Source: Nitrospirota bacterium (lineage in GTDB: Bacteria; Nitrospirota; Thermodesulfovibrionia; Thermodesulfovibrionales; Dissulfurispiraceae). From it: DNA of 64,000 nucleotides. A program made the position numbers and the translations under genes. Below, one piece after another: positions 8,102 through 17,436 of the stretch. The notes under the pieces are model-generated. The model saw only the letters and a program-made list of their open reading frames with translations, was not told the DNA's origin and ran no database searches. Every line of letters begins with the position of its first letter. The first letter of the stretch is position 1. The stretch is taken from NCBI GenBank assembly GCA_040758355.1, contig JBFLWF010000004.1, positions 32,001 through 96,000 of the forward strand, read 5' to 3'.

Positions 8102-10366
8102 ATGTCATCGTTTAGCAGCTTATTAAAGCATATCTTCGAAGATACAATTGAGACACTGAAAATTATCCCATGGATGCAGATATGGGCGCAGAAATGGGCC
8201 TCGATTGCCGTCTTCGCAATATTCCTGTTCGCATTGATAATGATGATGGTTTTCAAGGACAGGCTTGCTAAAAACAGGAAGGTGCTGAATATAGTCGCTT
8301 ACGGTATACTGCCATTTTCGTTTATATATGTTGGACTCGTACTAAAGGCGCAGCCCACAACAACCAACATCGTTATATTGATCAATGGAATAAAAGAAGG
8401 GTCTTTTCCTTTAGGCCTCTTTATCATGGAGCCGTATATATTCCTGTCATTTCTCTTTATTCTTTTAACCATCCTTTTATGGGGCAGGGGCGTTTTCTGC
8501 GGCTGGCTCTGTCCATATGGTGCAATGGTTGAACTTTTAAATAAACTTTATGATAGGTTTTTCCGCAGATTCAGGTTGAGCCTTCCAGAGAAGATTCACT
8601 GGAAGCTTATTTACCTTAAATATGTAATATTCGCAATCATATTAGGCGTATCTTTCTACAACTTCATGCTTTCCGAATACCTTGCCGAGGTCGAACCCTT
8701 CAAGAGCTTTGTATTGAAACTTCACAGGCAGTGGTATTTTGTCCTTTATTTTATCCTGATAACAGCAGGCTCGGTAATAATATACAGGGCGTACTGTCGC
8801 TACCTCTGTCCCCTCGGCGCTGCTTTGAGCTTACCCTCATTCATTAAGTTGATACCTCTGATAAAACTCAAAAGACATGACACGTGTAGAATATGTAAGA
8901 TATGCGGCAGGAGCGAATGCAATTATCAGGCCATTACACCGCATGGCAATATTAAAGTTACCGAATGCCTTAGCTGTCTTGAATGTCAGATAAACTTCTG
9001 GGATGAGGACAAATGCCCTGCATTGATAAAAAAGAAAAAGGAGGGTCGCTCTACAGTCTTCAGCCTTTTACCGTTTGCTTTTTTAATTATATCTGCAATG
9101 CTATTTGTCCCTTCGCTGACATATGCAAAGGCTATAATTGTAGGGACCGATTATCGCACAATCGGCGATGCCCTGAAAAAGGCTAAAAATGGAGATGTCA
9201 TAGAGGTCAAGGCAGGAGAATACAGGGAGAGGCTTAAGATAGATAAGGCCGTGCATCTTAAGGGTATAAACAACCCTGCAATCATTGAAAGCGGAGGGCT
9301 TATAATCACGATAGCGGGCAGGGGCGTTACTGTAGAAGGGTTTACAATCAGAGACGAAAATCCAACATCCCAGTTAGAGAGCGCCGGGATATATATTTCC
9401 AAAGGTTCCGATGGGGCTGTTATAAAAAACAACCGCCTTTACAGCGTTATGCACGGCGTCTGGAGCGTTAGCGCCAGAGGCATAAGGGTGGAAAACAATT
9501 ACATCGAGAGCAAAAAGGATCTCGATAGGAACTACAGGGGTAATGGAATATATCTCGTAGACAGTCAGGAAGCAACTATTATAGGGAACAGAATGGATCA
9601 CTGCCGGGATGGAATGTACATAGAGGTTTCTCACGACGGGAAAATAATGGGCAATGATGTAACAAACTCCCGTTATGCAGTACACACAATGTGGGTGGAC
9701 AGGGTTGTTTTCTCTAAAAACAGGGCATCAGGCAATCTGGTTGGGTTTGCTATTATGTATTCAAAGCAATCCGAGATTACAGATAATATTGCTGTGGGCA
9801 ACAGCACGCACGGCATCCTTCTGATTCAGACTGTAAGGAGCTACATAGCAAGAAATACAGTAATAGGCAATACCAAAGGGGTCTACTTTTACAACTCGAT
9901 ATTTAACAACTTAGTCTCCAATCTTATAATGAATAATAGTCTTGGCCTGCATAACTGGGGAGGTTCCGAAGACAATGCCGTGAATAAGAATTCCTTTATC
10001 GGCAACGAGGTTCAGGTAAAGTTTGTTGCAGGCAGAAACCAGCAGTGGGATAATAACTACTGGAGCGATTATCTGGGATGGGATATGAACGCCGACGGCA
10101 TCGGCGATATGCCATTCGAATCCAATACAGTGGTTGACCATATCTTATGGAGATACCCTGCTGCCAAGTTGTTGTATGCAAGTCCTTCTTTCCAGTTTCT
10201 CTGGATGCTCGAAAAGCAGTTTCCGGTTCTGAAGGTTCCGAGGGTGTTTGATGCAAAACCATCCATGCTTCCGTTGCACAAAGACTGGAAGGAGTTAAAG
10301 GCCAAATATCCATACGCCCCTGAAAAATACTACGGTGAGATGGAAAAAATCCCTGTTGCCCATTGA
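8102..10366 (+). CDS. nosD: Fusion of NosR C-terminal membrane/4Fe-4S region with NosD
   Basis: GRGVFCGWLCPYG, EVEPFK, CRYLCPLG and CxxCxxC clusters; then beta-helix NosD with RGNGIYL, RYAVHTMW, NYWSDYLGWDMNADGIGD; one uninterrupted ORF. Confidence 0.88.
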   Translation: MSSFSSLLKHIFEDTIETLKIIPWMQIWAQKWASIAVFAIFLFALIMMMVFKDRLAKNRKVLNIVAYGILPFSFIYVGLVLKAQPTTTNIVILINGIKEGSFPLGLFIMEPYIFLSFLFILLTILLWGRGVFCGWLCPYGAMVELLNKLYDRFFRRFRLSLPEKIHWKLIYLKYVIFAIILGVSFYNFMLSEYLAEVEPFKSFVLKLHRQWYFVLYFILITAGSVIIYRAYCRYLCPLGAALSLPSFIKLIPLIKLKRHDTCRICKICGRSECNYQAITPHGNIKVTECLSCLECQINFWDEDKCPALIKKKKEGRSTVFSLLPFAFLIISAMLFVPSLTYAKAIIVGTDYRTIGDALKKAKNGDVIEVKAGEYRERLKIDKAVHLKGINNPAIIESGGLIITIAGRGVTVEGFTIRDENPTSQLESAGIYISKGSDGAVIKNNRLYSVMHGVWSVSARGIRVENNYIESKKDLDRNYRGNGIYLVDSQEATIIGNRMDHCRDGMYIEVSHDGKIMGNDVTNSRYAVHTMWVDRVVFSKNRASGNLVGFAIMYSKQSEITDNIAVGNSTHGILLIQTVRSYIARNTVIGNTKGVYFYNSIFNNLVSNLIMNNSLGLHNWGGSEDNAVNKNSFIGNEVQVKFVAGRNQQWDNNYWSDYLGWDMNADGIGDMPFESNTVVDHILWRYPAAKLLYASPSFQFLWMLEKQFPVLKVPRVFDAKPSMLPLHKDWKELKAKYPYAPEKYYGEMEKIPVAH

Positions 10367-10376
10367 GGTGAATTTA

Positions 10377-11273
10377 ATGCTTGAGTTAAGTGAAATATCG
10401 AAGAACTTCGGAGATGTAAAGGCAGTAGACTCTGTCTCGCTGAAGATGAAGGAAGGCGAGATGCTCGGTCTTGTGGGGCCCAATGGTTCCGGCAAGTCGA
10501 CACTGCTGAAGATAATGCTCGGAATTACAAGGCCGTCGTCAGGCAAGGTCCTTTTCAGCGGCAAAGAATTGGCAGAAAGGGATTGGAAGGAGATCAGAAA
10601 GAGAATAGGGTACATGCCAGAGAGGGTTAACTTTTATGACAACCTCACAGGAAAGGAGACCCTTGAGTTGTTTGCAAGAATCAAAGGAGGAAATCTTAAT
10701 AATATCTCTGAGCTATTAAAAAAGGTTGGCCTTGAGAATGCAGTTGACAGGAGGGTTGGAGGCTATTCCAAGGGGATGAGGCAGAGGCTGAACCTGGCAC
10801 AGGCATTGTCCAATGACCCTGACTTTTTAGTTCTCGATGAACCCACATCAGGGCTTGATCCTGTCGGGACAAAGGAATTCTACAGCATACTCGATGATGT
10901 AAGAACGAGGAAAAAGCTCACGGTCATCCTTTCATCCCATATACTGGCAGAGATTGAAGACAAGATAGACAGGGTCGCAGTGTTGAAGTCAGGATCTCTC
11001 AGGGCAGTGGGGAGTCTTGAAGAACTCTATTCCGGATTCAATCTCCCTTTAAAGATTTCAATAGCCCTTAAGGAAAGGAATGAATCTCTGGAAGATCTTT
11101 TGAAAAAGGAAGGGGCTATGGATATTGGATATAAAGAAGGCTATATTACAGCCAGCATTCAGAGGGAAGATAAACTGAGGCTGCTTTCGGCAGTAATGGA
11201 GAAAAAGGAAAGTTTTGTCGACCTTTCCATAAGAGAGCCGAACCTTGAGGAGGTATTCTTTGGTATTCACTAA
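10377..11273 (+). CDS. nosF: ABC ATPase NosF
   Basis: GPNGSGKS, YSKGMRQRL, LDEPTSGLDP; lies between nosD and nosY. Confidence 0.88.
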   Translation: MLELSEISKNFGDVKAVDSVSLKMKEGEMLGLVGPNGSGKSTLLKIMLGITRPSSGKVLFSGKELAERDWKEIRKRIGYMPERVNFYDNLTGKETLELFARIKGGNLNNISELLKKVGLENAVDRRVGGYSKGMRQRLNLAQALSNDPDFLVLDEPTSGLDPVGTKEFYSILDDVRTRKKLTVILSSHILAEIEDKIDRVAVLKSGSLRAVGSLEELYSGFNLPLKISIALKERNESLEDLLKKEGAMDIGYKEGYITASIQREDKLRLLSAVMEKKESFVDLSIREPNLEEVFFGIH

Positions 11274-12090
11274 TGCTATGAGGGCTATAGCCCATAAAGA
11301 ACTTTCCGATAAATTGAAGAGCAGGTGGGTCCTGGTGATTGCTGTGGGATTTGCTGCGCTCACCATTGTTATTTCATATTTTGGAGGGGCTACTGCAGGC
11401 GTTGCAGGGTTCAGGAGCATAGATGCAACCATTGCCAGTCTCACGAGCCTCGTAACCTACTTTATACCTATCTTAGCCCTCACCCTCGGCGGCGGAATAG
11501 TTGCGGATGAGCGTGATAAGGGCACGCTCGAGATATATCTATCGTCCCCTATATCCATCGGTGAATTCATCATGGGAAAATTCTTCGGCCTCGCCATTGC
11601 CCTCGCCATCTCCACACTTGTGGGTCTCGGCGTTTCCGGCGCAATATTGCTGATAAATCTGGGCTTCGGCGCAATAGGCAGTTACAGCATATTCATGCTC
11701 AACTCTGTAGTCCTCGGCCTTATTTTCCTGAGCGTCTCATTTTTAGTGTCCATTCTCTTCAATGAGAGGGCAAGGGTTATTGCCTTTACCGTATTCCTCT
11801 GGCTTTTCTTCGCAGTGCTTTATGACCTGGGTCTGGTGGGCCTTCTCATAATAACCAAAGGCACTGTCGGAAATGAAATATTTTCCACCCTCCTGACATT
11901 AAATCCAGTTGATGTGTATCGCATTCTGAACTTCTTATCCATCGGTGAACTCAAGGTGTTTTTAGGACTGGCATCTGTCGAGCTTCCGTCATACATGAAG
12001 ACGCCTGTCCTATGGGTCATATCGCTGCTGTGGGTGGTGCTGCCCCTTATTGCGAGCTATCGCCTCTTTAAAAGGAGATATCTGGCGTGA
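11260..12090 (+). CDS. nosY: ABC permease NosY (start TTG 11260 or ATG 11278)
   Basis: IAHKELSD, ERDKGTLE, GKFFG, LNPVDVYR; multi-TM. Confidence 0.88.
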   Translation: MVFTNAMRAIAHKELSDKLKSRWVLVIAVGFAALTIVISYFGGATAGVAGFRSIDATIASLTSLVTYFIPILALTLGGGIVADERDKGTLEIYLSSPISIGEFIMGKFFGLAIALAISTLVGLGVSGAILLINLGFGAIGSYSIFMLNSVVLGLIFLSVSFLVSILFNERARVIAFTVFLWLFFAVLYDLGLVGLLIITKGTVGNEIFSTLLTLNPVDVYRILNFLSIGELKVFLGLASVELPSYMKTPVLWVISLLWVVLPLIASYRLFKRRYLA

Positions 12091-12890
12091 AACAAAGAAT
12101 AAAAAACATGGAGGTTAGTATTGTGATTAAGTGTCTTGTAGGTGTTGTATCTGCCCTGCTGTTTTTTGCTGGTGCAGCAATGGGGCATGAGGTTGTGGAT
12201 GTTAAGAATGGTGCAACCATTAAAGGTGTGGTTAAGTTCAAGGGTACTATGCCGCCTGATGAGAGTATTGCCATTGACAGAAATGTGGAGGTCTGCGGAA
12301 AGGAGCAGAAGCTCAATAAATACACTATTACCAACTCGATGGTAAAGAATGTAGTCGTTTTTATAGATGAGCCGAAGAAGGGCAAGCCGATTCCTAAAAA
12401 TACAGCGGTTGCTCTCACCATAAATAAGTGCAGGGTAGAGCCGCTGGTAAGTGTTGGGTTTGTGGGCGGCAAGTTTTTACTCAGAAACGATGATGATATT
12501 CTTCACACTCTTCAGTTAAAGCTCTGGCTTGAGTATCAGAGAAGGGTTTCAGCAAGGCCATTAGAAAATGGCGCAACTATTTACAACATTGCCTTGCCGC
12601 TCAAGGGCAAAAAGATAGAGAAGCCCATAAAAGAATCTCATAGATACCAGCCGGATACAGGGGTCATCAGGGTGACGTCCAATTCCCATTCATGGATGAG
12701 GGGATATGTATTTGTATTTGACCATCCGTATGCAGCAGTGACCGATGAAAAAGGCTCCTTTGTAATAGACAACCTGCTGCCAGGCGAGTATGTCTTGAAG
12801 GTATGGCATGAAGGCTTTGGCTTTCAGGAAAAGAAGATAAAACTTTCACCCAATGAGACGGCAAATATCGAGATAGTGTATGAAAAATAG
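12087..12890 (+). CDS. Exported cupredoxin-like/carboxypeptidase-regulatory-like domain protein (paralog A)
   Basis: Signal peptide; NDDDILH, HSWMRGYV, HPYAAVTDEKGSF, WHE; start uncertain. Confidence 0.7.
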   Translation: MKQRIKNMEVSIVIKCLVGVVSALLFFAGAAMGHEVVDVKNGATIKGVVKFKGTMPPDESIAIDRNVEVCGKEQKLNKYTITNSMVKNVVVFIDEPKKGKPIPKNTAVALTINKCRVEPLVSVGFVGGKFLLRNDDDILHTLQLKLWLEYQRRVSARPLENGATIYNIALPLKGKKIEKPIKESHRYQPDTGVIRVTSNSHSWMRGYVFVFDHPYAAVTDEKGSFVIDNLLPGEYVLKVWHEGFGFQEKKIKLSPNETANIEIVYEK

Positions 12891-13788
12891 GTGGCTCATA
12901 GCCATATTTTTTGTATTTCTTATAGTACTGGCTGTTAATTACAGTGCAGTGGCCAGTGCATTGGAAAAAAGCGCCATGGATTTCAGCCTCAACAACTGGG
13001 ACGGCAGGACTGTATCCCTGAAAGACCTGAAGGGGAAGGTGGTGGTTCTCACCTTTTCATATGCCTACTGTTCTGCCAGATGCCCGATTATAACAGGCCG
13101 CCTTTATTACCTCGATAAAACGATGAATGCACCCGGAGACGTGGTATATCTCCATATGTCTGTTGATCCTGATAATGATACGCCAGAAAGGCGGAAGAAA
13201 TACTTTAACCTATACGGCATAGATGCAACAAAAGACGGCAGATGGATGTTTTTATCAGGCCAAAAAAACAAGATGTCAGAGATATGGGGATTTTATGGGG
13301 TAACGGCAAAGAAGGTTAAAGACAGGAGACTGCCTGAGAAATATTACATGCAGTATGACCCGAAGGTAGTGGTTATAGACAGCAACGGTCTTATCAGGTA
13401 TGAGGTCGGCTTTGATTTTTCGGAAGAAGAAATAAAGTCCCTGATCGAAAAAATATCCTCTAAACCTTCCATAAGGTTTTCTGAAACTAAATTCGATTTC
13501 GGCACGGTTAAAGAGGGGGATATTGTAAGTCATGACTTTGAATTCATTAATGAGGGCAATGGCGTTTTAAAGATAAAAGACCTTATTCCGGCCTGAAAGG
13601 CATGCACGAGCGCCTCTGCCAGTTCGGCAGAGATAGGACCGGGGGAAAAGGGAAAGATCACAGTGACTTTAAACACAAAGGGAAGGTCTGGCAGATGGAG
13701 CAGGACAGTAGAGGTCTGGACGAATGATCCTGAAAAGAAGATGGTAGTGCTTTCGGTCTCGGTTAATTCAATAAAGGAGCGGCAGTGA
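12880..13788 (+). CDS. SCO/SenC-DUF1573 fusion, probable selenoprotein (UGA at 13594-13596)
   Basis: SCO CSARCP; the DUF1573-like domain FDFGTV...FEFINEGNGVLKI continues past TGA as U-KACT...IGPGEKGKITV...VWTNDP to TGA 13788, which overlaps the next GTG start. Confidence 0.8.
13614..13632 (+). promoter_or_regulatory. Putative bacterial SECIS hairpin
   Basis: CTCTGCC-AGTTC-GGCAGAG, 7-bp stem, GU in loop, loop 24 nt after the UGA. Confidence 0.65.
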
Positions 13789-14792
13789 TAAATAGGAGGG
13801 AGTTTCTTGCAGGTTCATTGATGCTGGCCGGCTATGCAGCGATGGGGGGCAGTAATGTCTTTGCATTGCCTGTCAGTGATGCAAAGGTAAAGGCTGTAAG
13901 CATGAAAATAACATGCACGATGGAGGTGTTGAAACCGCCAAGGAATAAAAACATAAATATATGGACGCCCATTCCATCCGACAACAGCGAGCAGAAAATC
14001 TCTAACCTCTCTGTCAAATCGAGGATGCAATACAAAATGACAGAAGATATCTCTAATAGGAACAGGATGTTCTTTTTCAATACAGACAAACTGACAGCAG
14101 GCGAAGCCATAACCATGAAATATATGATGGTCAGGAAGACTGCGGATGTGGCCGAAGACAGAGACGAAAGGCCTGAAAAACATATCGAGCCGTCTGAATG
14201 GGAAAGATGGGATGACAATATCGCAAGATATGTCGATGAACTTGTGGGCAAAGAAAACGATCCTGTAAAGATAGGAAGAAAGATATACGATGCGCTTATA
14301 GACAGCCTCAAATATGTTCATGAGGCATGCGGGAGGGGAGTAAGCACATTGATGTTTGAAGAGAAGATCGGCAGGTGCGATGAGTTCCATGCCCTCTTCA
14401 GGAGCATGATGATGTATAAGAAGATTCCGGTTAAATGGGAACAGGGCATGGCCCTGCCATATCCATCTGTTATTAAAAAGAGTGGCGAGGTCGAAGCAGA
14501 CTGCATAAACGCCCATAGCTGGGTGAAATTCTATATAGGCGACAACAAATGGATGCCTGTGGATTTATCGGAGGCAAAGAGGAGACCTGACTTGAGGGAT
14601 TTCTATTTTGGCAAGCTTGCTGCCAACAGGGTCAAGATGTCCAATGGAAGGGGGATAACACTTAATCCGCCGCAGAAAAGCCCTATGAATACTTTTCCGT
14701 ATACTTATGCAGAGGCAGACGGCATACCGTTGATATACGGTCATAACTACAAAAACAGGATGAAATACGAAGTAATAAAGATCGAGGCATAA
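13785..14792 (+). CDS. Tat-exported transglutaminase-like protein
   Basis: RREFL signal; GRCDEFH, HSWVKF, WMPVD (Cys-His-Asp triad). Confidence 0.78.
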   Translation: MINRREFLAGSLMLAGYAAMGGSNVFALPVSDAKVKAVSMKITCTMEVLKPPRNKNINIWTPIPSDNSEQKISNLSVKSRMQYKMTEDISNRNRMFFFNTDKLTAGEAITMKYMMVRKTADVAEDRDERPEKHIEPSEWERWDDNIARYVDELVGKENDPVKIGRKIYDALIDSLKYVHEACGRGVSTLMFEEKIGRCDEFHALFRSMMMYKKIPVKWEQGMALPYPSVIKKSGEVEADCINAHSWVKFYIGDNKWMPVDLSEAKRRPDLRDFYFGKLAANRVKMSNGRGITLNPPQKSPMNTFPYTYAEADGIPLIYGHNYKNRMKYEVIKIEA

Positions 14793-14798
14793 ACGAAG

Positions 14799-15287
14799 AT
14801 GAAATGGTTAGTAGCACTAATTTTATCGATTTCTTTGATATTGCCGGCATATGCTACGGAAGGAGTGAAAGAAGGCACGCCGGCGCCGACATTTGTGCTC
14901 CTCGATGAGAATAACAAGAACGTTGATATTGGCACATTTATGGATAGGCCGACGATCATATATTTCACGCACAATGCCTGTTTTTACTGCACACAGTTGA
15001 TATTGTACCTGAAAAGGGCGCAGGCAAAATTTGGAGAGAAGAACCTTCGAATTATAGGCATAAATATTATGGCTAAAGACCAGAAGCTGATAAAGGCATA
15101 CAAGGAAGAACTCGGCTTTATCTTCCCAATGTTTGCCGGAAACAGGGAAGATGTCCTCAGGGCATACAGGATAAATTATGTTCCTGTCATAGTATTTGTG
15201 GACTCAAAAAAAATAGTAAGAAAGGTGGTGGGACATTACATACACGAGGATGAGCTTCACAGAAATATAAAAAATATAATGAAGTAA
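14799..15287 (+). CDS. Exported TlpA/AhpC-TSA-like thioredoxin-fold protein
   Basis: Signal peptide; GTPAPTF, CFYC, cis-Pro YVP. Confidence 0.8.
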   Translation: MKWLVALILSISLILPAYATEGVKEGTPAPTFVLLDENNKNVDIGTFMDRPTIIYFTHNACFYCTQLILYLKRAQAKFGEKNLRIIGINIMAKDQKLIKAYKEELGFIFPMFAGNREDVLRAYRINYVPVIVFVDSKKIVRKVVGHYIHEDELHRNIKNIMK

Positions 15288-15333
15288 TGTGCAGGGCATT
15301 GTCCTGACGATTACTCAAACGAGGAGGAAGAAG

Positions 15334-16092
15334 ATGAAAAAGATGAAGAAGGTTTTTGCATTAGTTGTAGTTTTCTCTATGTTGCTTGCAGCAACCTCTT
15401 TTGCCTATGAGGTTGTGGATGTTAAGGGTGGAGGGAGCATTAAGGGTAAGATCAAGGCAACAGAAAAGATAAAAGACCCTGTAATCCCCATTAAGATCAA
15501 ACCAAAACCGGATCCAAAAGAGACCGAGCAGGAAAAGGCTACCTGCGGCGAAAGCCAGCAGGCAGGGATGTATATTATATCGGCTGCAAATGAGGTAAAG
15601 AATGTCTTTGTTATAGTAGAGGATGTGAAGAAGGGAAAGGCTGCGCCAAAGGCTGACCTCACAATCGACAACAATAAATGTTATTTTGTGCCGCTCGTAG
15701 GCATCACCTATAAAGGTTCTGATTTTATAGTGAAGAACAGCGACCCCCTTCTGCACAACACAAACCTTGGGCTAAAGCTCGATGACAAGAGAAGCACCGT
15801 GTATAATCTTGCCCTTCCGAGGAAGGATCAGGTCATAAAAAAGCCTGCAAGGAGAACAGGCCTTCACGAGGTGAAATGCGATGCCCATGAGTGGATGAGG
15901 GCATATGTATATGTTTCGGAGCATCCGTATGTAGCCATAACAGATGCAAGCGGCAGCTTCGAGATAAAGGACCTGCCTCCCGGAAAATACAAGGTAAGGA
16001 TATGGCATGAAGGATTCAAAGAGGTTACAAAGGATGTGGATGTATCCGCAGGCAAGGCTTCGGACCTGAGTGTGACTCTTACAAAGAAATAA
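15334..16092 (+). CDS. Exported cupredoxin-like/carboxypeptidase-regulatory-like domain protein (paralog B)
   Basis: GAGGAGG RBS; signal peptide; NSDPLLHN, KCDAHEWM, HPYVAITD, WHE. Confidence 0.75.
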   Translation: MKKMKKVFALVVVFSMLLAATSFAYEVVDVKGGGSIKGKIKATEKIKDPVIPIKIKPKPDPKETEQEKATCGESQQAGMYIISAANEVKNVFVIVEDVKKGKAAPKADLTIDNNKCYFVPLVGITYKGSDFIVKNSDPLLHNTNLGLKLDDKRSTVYNLALPRKDQVIKKPARRTGLHEVKCDAHEWMRAYVYVSEHPYVAITDASGSFEIKDLPPGKYKVRIWHEGFKEVTKDVDVSAGKASDLSVTLTKK

Positions 16093-16107
16093 GATGATGC
16101 TATTGCA

Positions 16108-16146
16108 AATATCGCAGGGCTTGCTAATGGCAAGCCCTGCGATATT
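16108..16146 (+). terminator. Perfect 17-bp stem-loop inside the operon
   Basis: AATATCGCAGGGCTTGC-TAATG-GCAAGCCCTGCGATATT. Confidence 0.65.
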
Positions 16147-16165
16147 ATAATTTAATACAAAAATT

Positions 16166-16639
16166 ATGAGACAGCTTTTTTGGGTAATAGTAGTTCTGTG
16201 CCTTGCAGCATGTGCCAGGGATAAGGGAGAAAAACCCCTTCCTGTCGAGTTTACCAGAGACCATGCATGCAATGTATGCGGAATGATCATAGTGGATTTC
16301 CCAGGTGCAAAGGCGCAGATACATTATAAGAACAAGAAATACGATGCATTCTGCAGCACGCTGGATATGTTCCTGTTTTACCTTCAGCCTGACCGTCCGG
16401 GAAATATCGTTGCCGTCTATGTGAATGATATGGGGAAGTCCGATTGGGAACATCCAAAGGGCAACTGGATAGATGCTGAAAAGGCATTTTATGTTTACGG
16501 AGGGGATGTGATGGGGCCTATGGGCGAGGCACTGGTCCCATTTTCTGATATAAAGGATGCCGAGGCATACATAAAGAAACACGGAGGCAGGATAATCAGA
16601 TTCAATGACGTGACAATGGAGATCCTTAAGCCAAGGTGA
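16166..16639 (+). CDS. nosL: NosL copper chaperone lipoprotein
   Basis: Lipobox LAAC; CNVCGM, WIDAEKAFYV, GPMG, HGG. Confidence 0.9.
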   Translation: MRQLFWVIVVLCLAACARDKGEKPLPVEFTRDHACNVCGMIIVDFPGAKAQIHYKNKKYDAFCSTLDMFLFYLQPDRPGNIVAVYVNDMGKSDWEHPKGNWIDAEKAFYVYGGDVMGPMGEALVPFSDIKDAEAYIKKHGGRIIRFNDVTMEILKPR

Positions 16640-16648
16640 AATTCTTAA

Positions 16649-16960
16649 ATGAAGGCCAATAAACTGATAATAACGATTGCCTTCCTTTTGGTATCATCCC
16701 TGCTTATTATTTTAAGCGAGTGGCATTTATGGAGAAATTATGAGTCTGTGAAGATGAAGGCGTTTCAAGGCTATGTGTGCGGGCTTGGGCTCGGTGCCGC
16801 TGTAAATCCTGCATGGGGTTTCATAAACTATGATGCGAGAATCGATTCTGTGGACGAGACACAATTATGGCCCATACCCGGAGGGTATAGCTATTCCCCT
16901 GACAGGGGGCTGTCTGTAAGTGATTTCAGAGAGCTTGCTTTTGAAGTAAGCCGCAAATAG
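16649..16960 (+). CDS. Small hypothetical membrane-anchored protein
   Basis: Fits operon spacing; N-terminal TM; GLGLGA, WPIPGGY. Confidence 0.6.
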   Translation: MKANKLIITIAFLLVSSLLIILSEWHLWRNYESVKMKAFQGYVCGLGLGAAVNPAWGFINYDARIDSVDETQLWPIPGGYSYSPDRGLSVSDFRELAFEVSRK

Positions 16961-16983
16961 AACCGATGAGGAGGTAGATAACG

Positions 16984-17424
16984 ATGAAGAAGACATTCCT
17001 ATCAACATTAATATTTTTATTCACAGTGACGGTATTGACGGGATTTGTCTTTGCCGAAGGTAAAAAGGCAAAGGCTGCTAAGAGCACCTCTGCAAGCAAT
17101 ATCCTTTATGTATGCAACTGCGGTCCTGAGTGTAAGTGTAATACCGTATCGACAAAGACCGGCAAATGTGCATGCGGCGCCGAGCTTGTCCCGATGCATA
17201 TCCTGAAGATCGAAAATGACGAGGCCATACTCTGCACATGCGGCAAGGACTGCACATGCAAGCTTGATCCTAACGACCCTTCAAAGTGCGGCTGTGGAAA
17301 GCAGGTAAGAAGGGTCAGCATAAAGGGCATGTATGCGTGCAGTTGCGGCGCTGGCTGCGAGTGCAATACTGTGTCTGACAAGCCAGGCAAGTGCAAGTGC
17401 GGCGCTGATTTGAAAAAGATATAG
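16984..17424 (+). CDS. Exported Cys-rich metallothionein-like protein
   Basis: GAGGAGG RBS; signal peptide; 18 Cys as nine CxC in three repeats. Confidence 0.75.
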   Translation: MKKTFLSTLIFLFTVTVLTGFVFAEGKKAKAAKSTSASNILYVCNCGPECKCNTVSTKTGKCACGAELVPMHILKIENDEAILCTCGKDCTCKLDPNDPSKCGCGKQVRRVSIKGMYACSCGAGCECNTVSDKPGKCKCGADLKKI

Positions 17425-17436
17425 ACGGAGGTCTTA

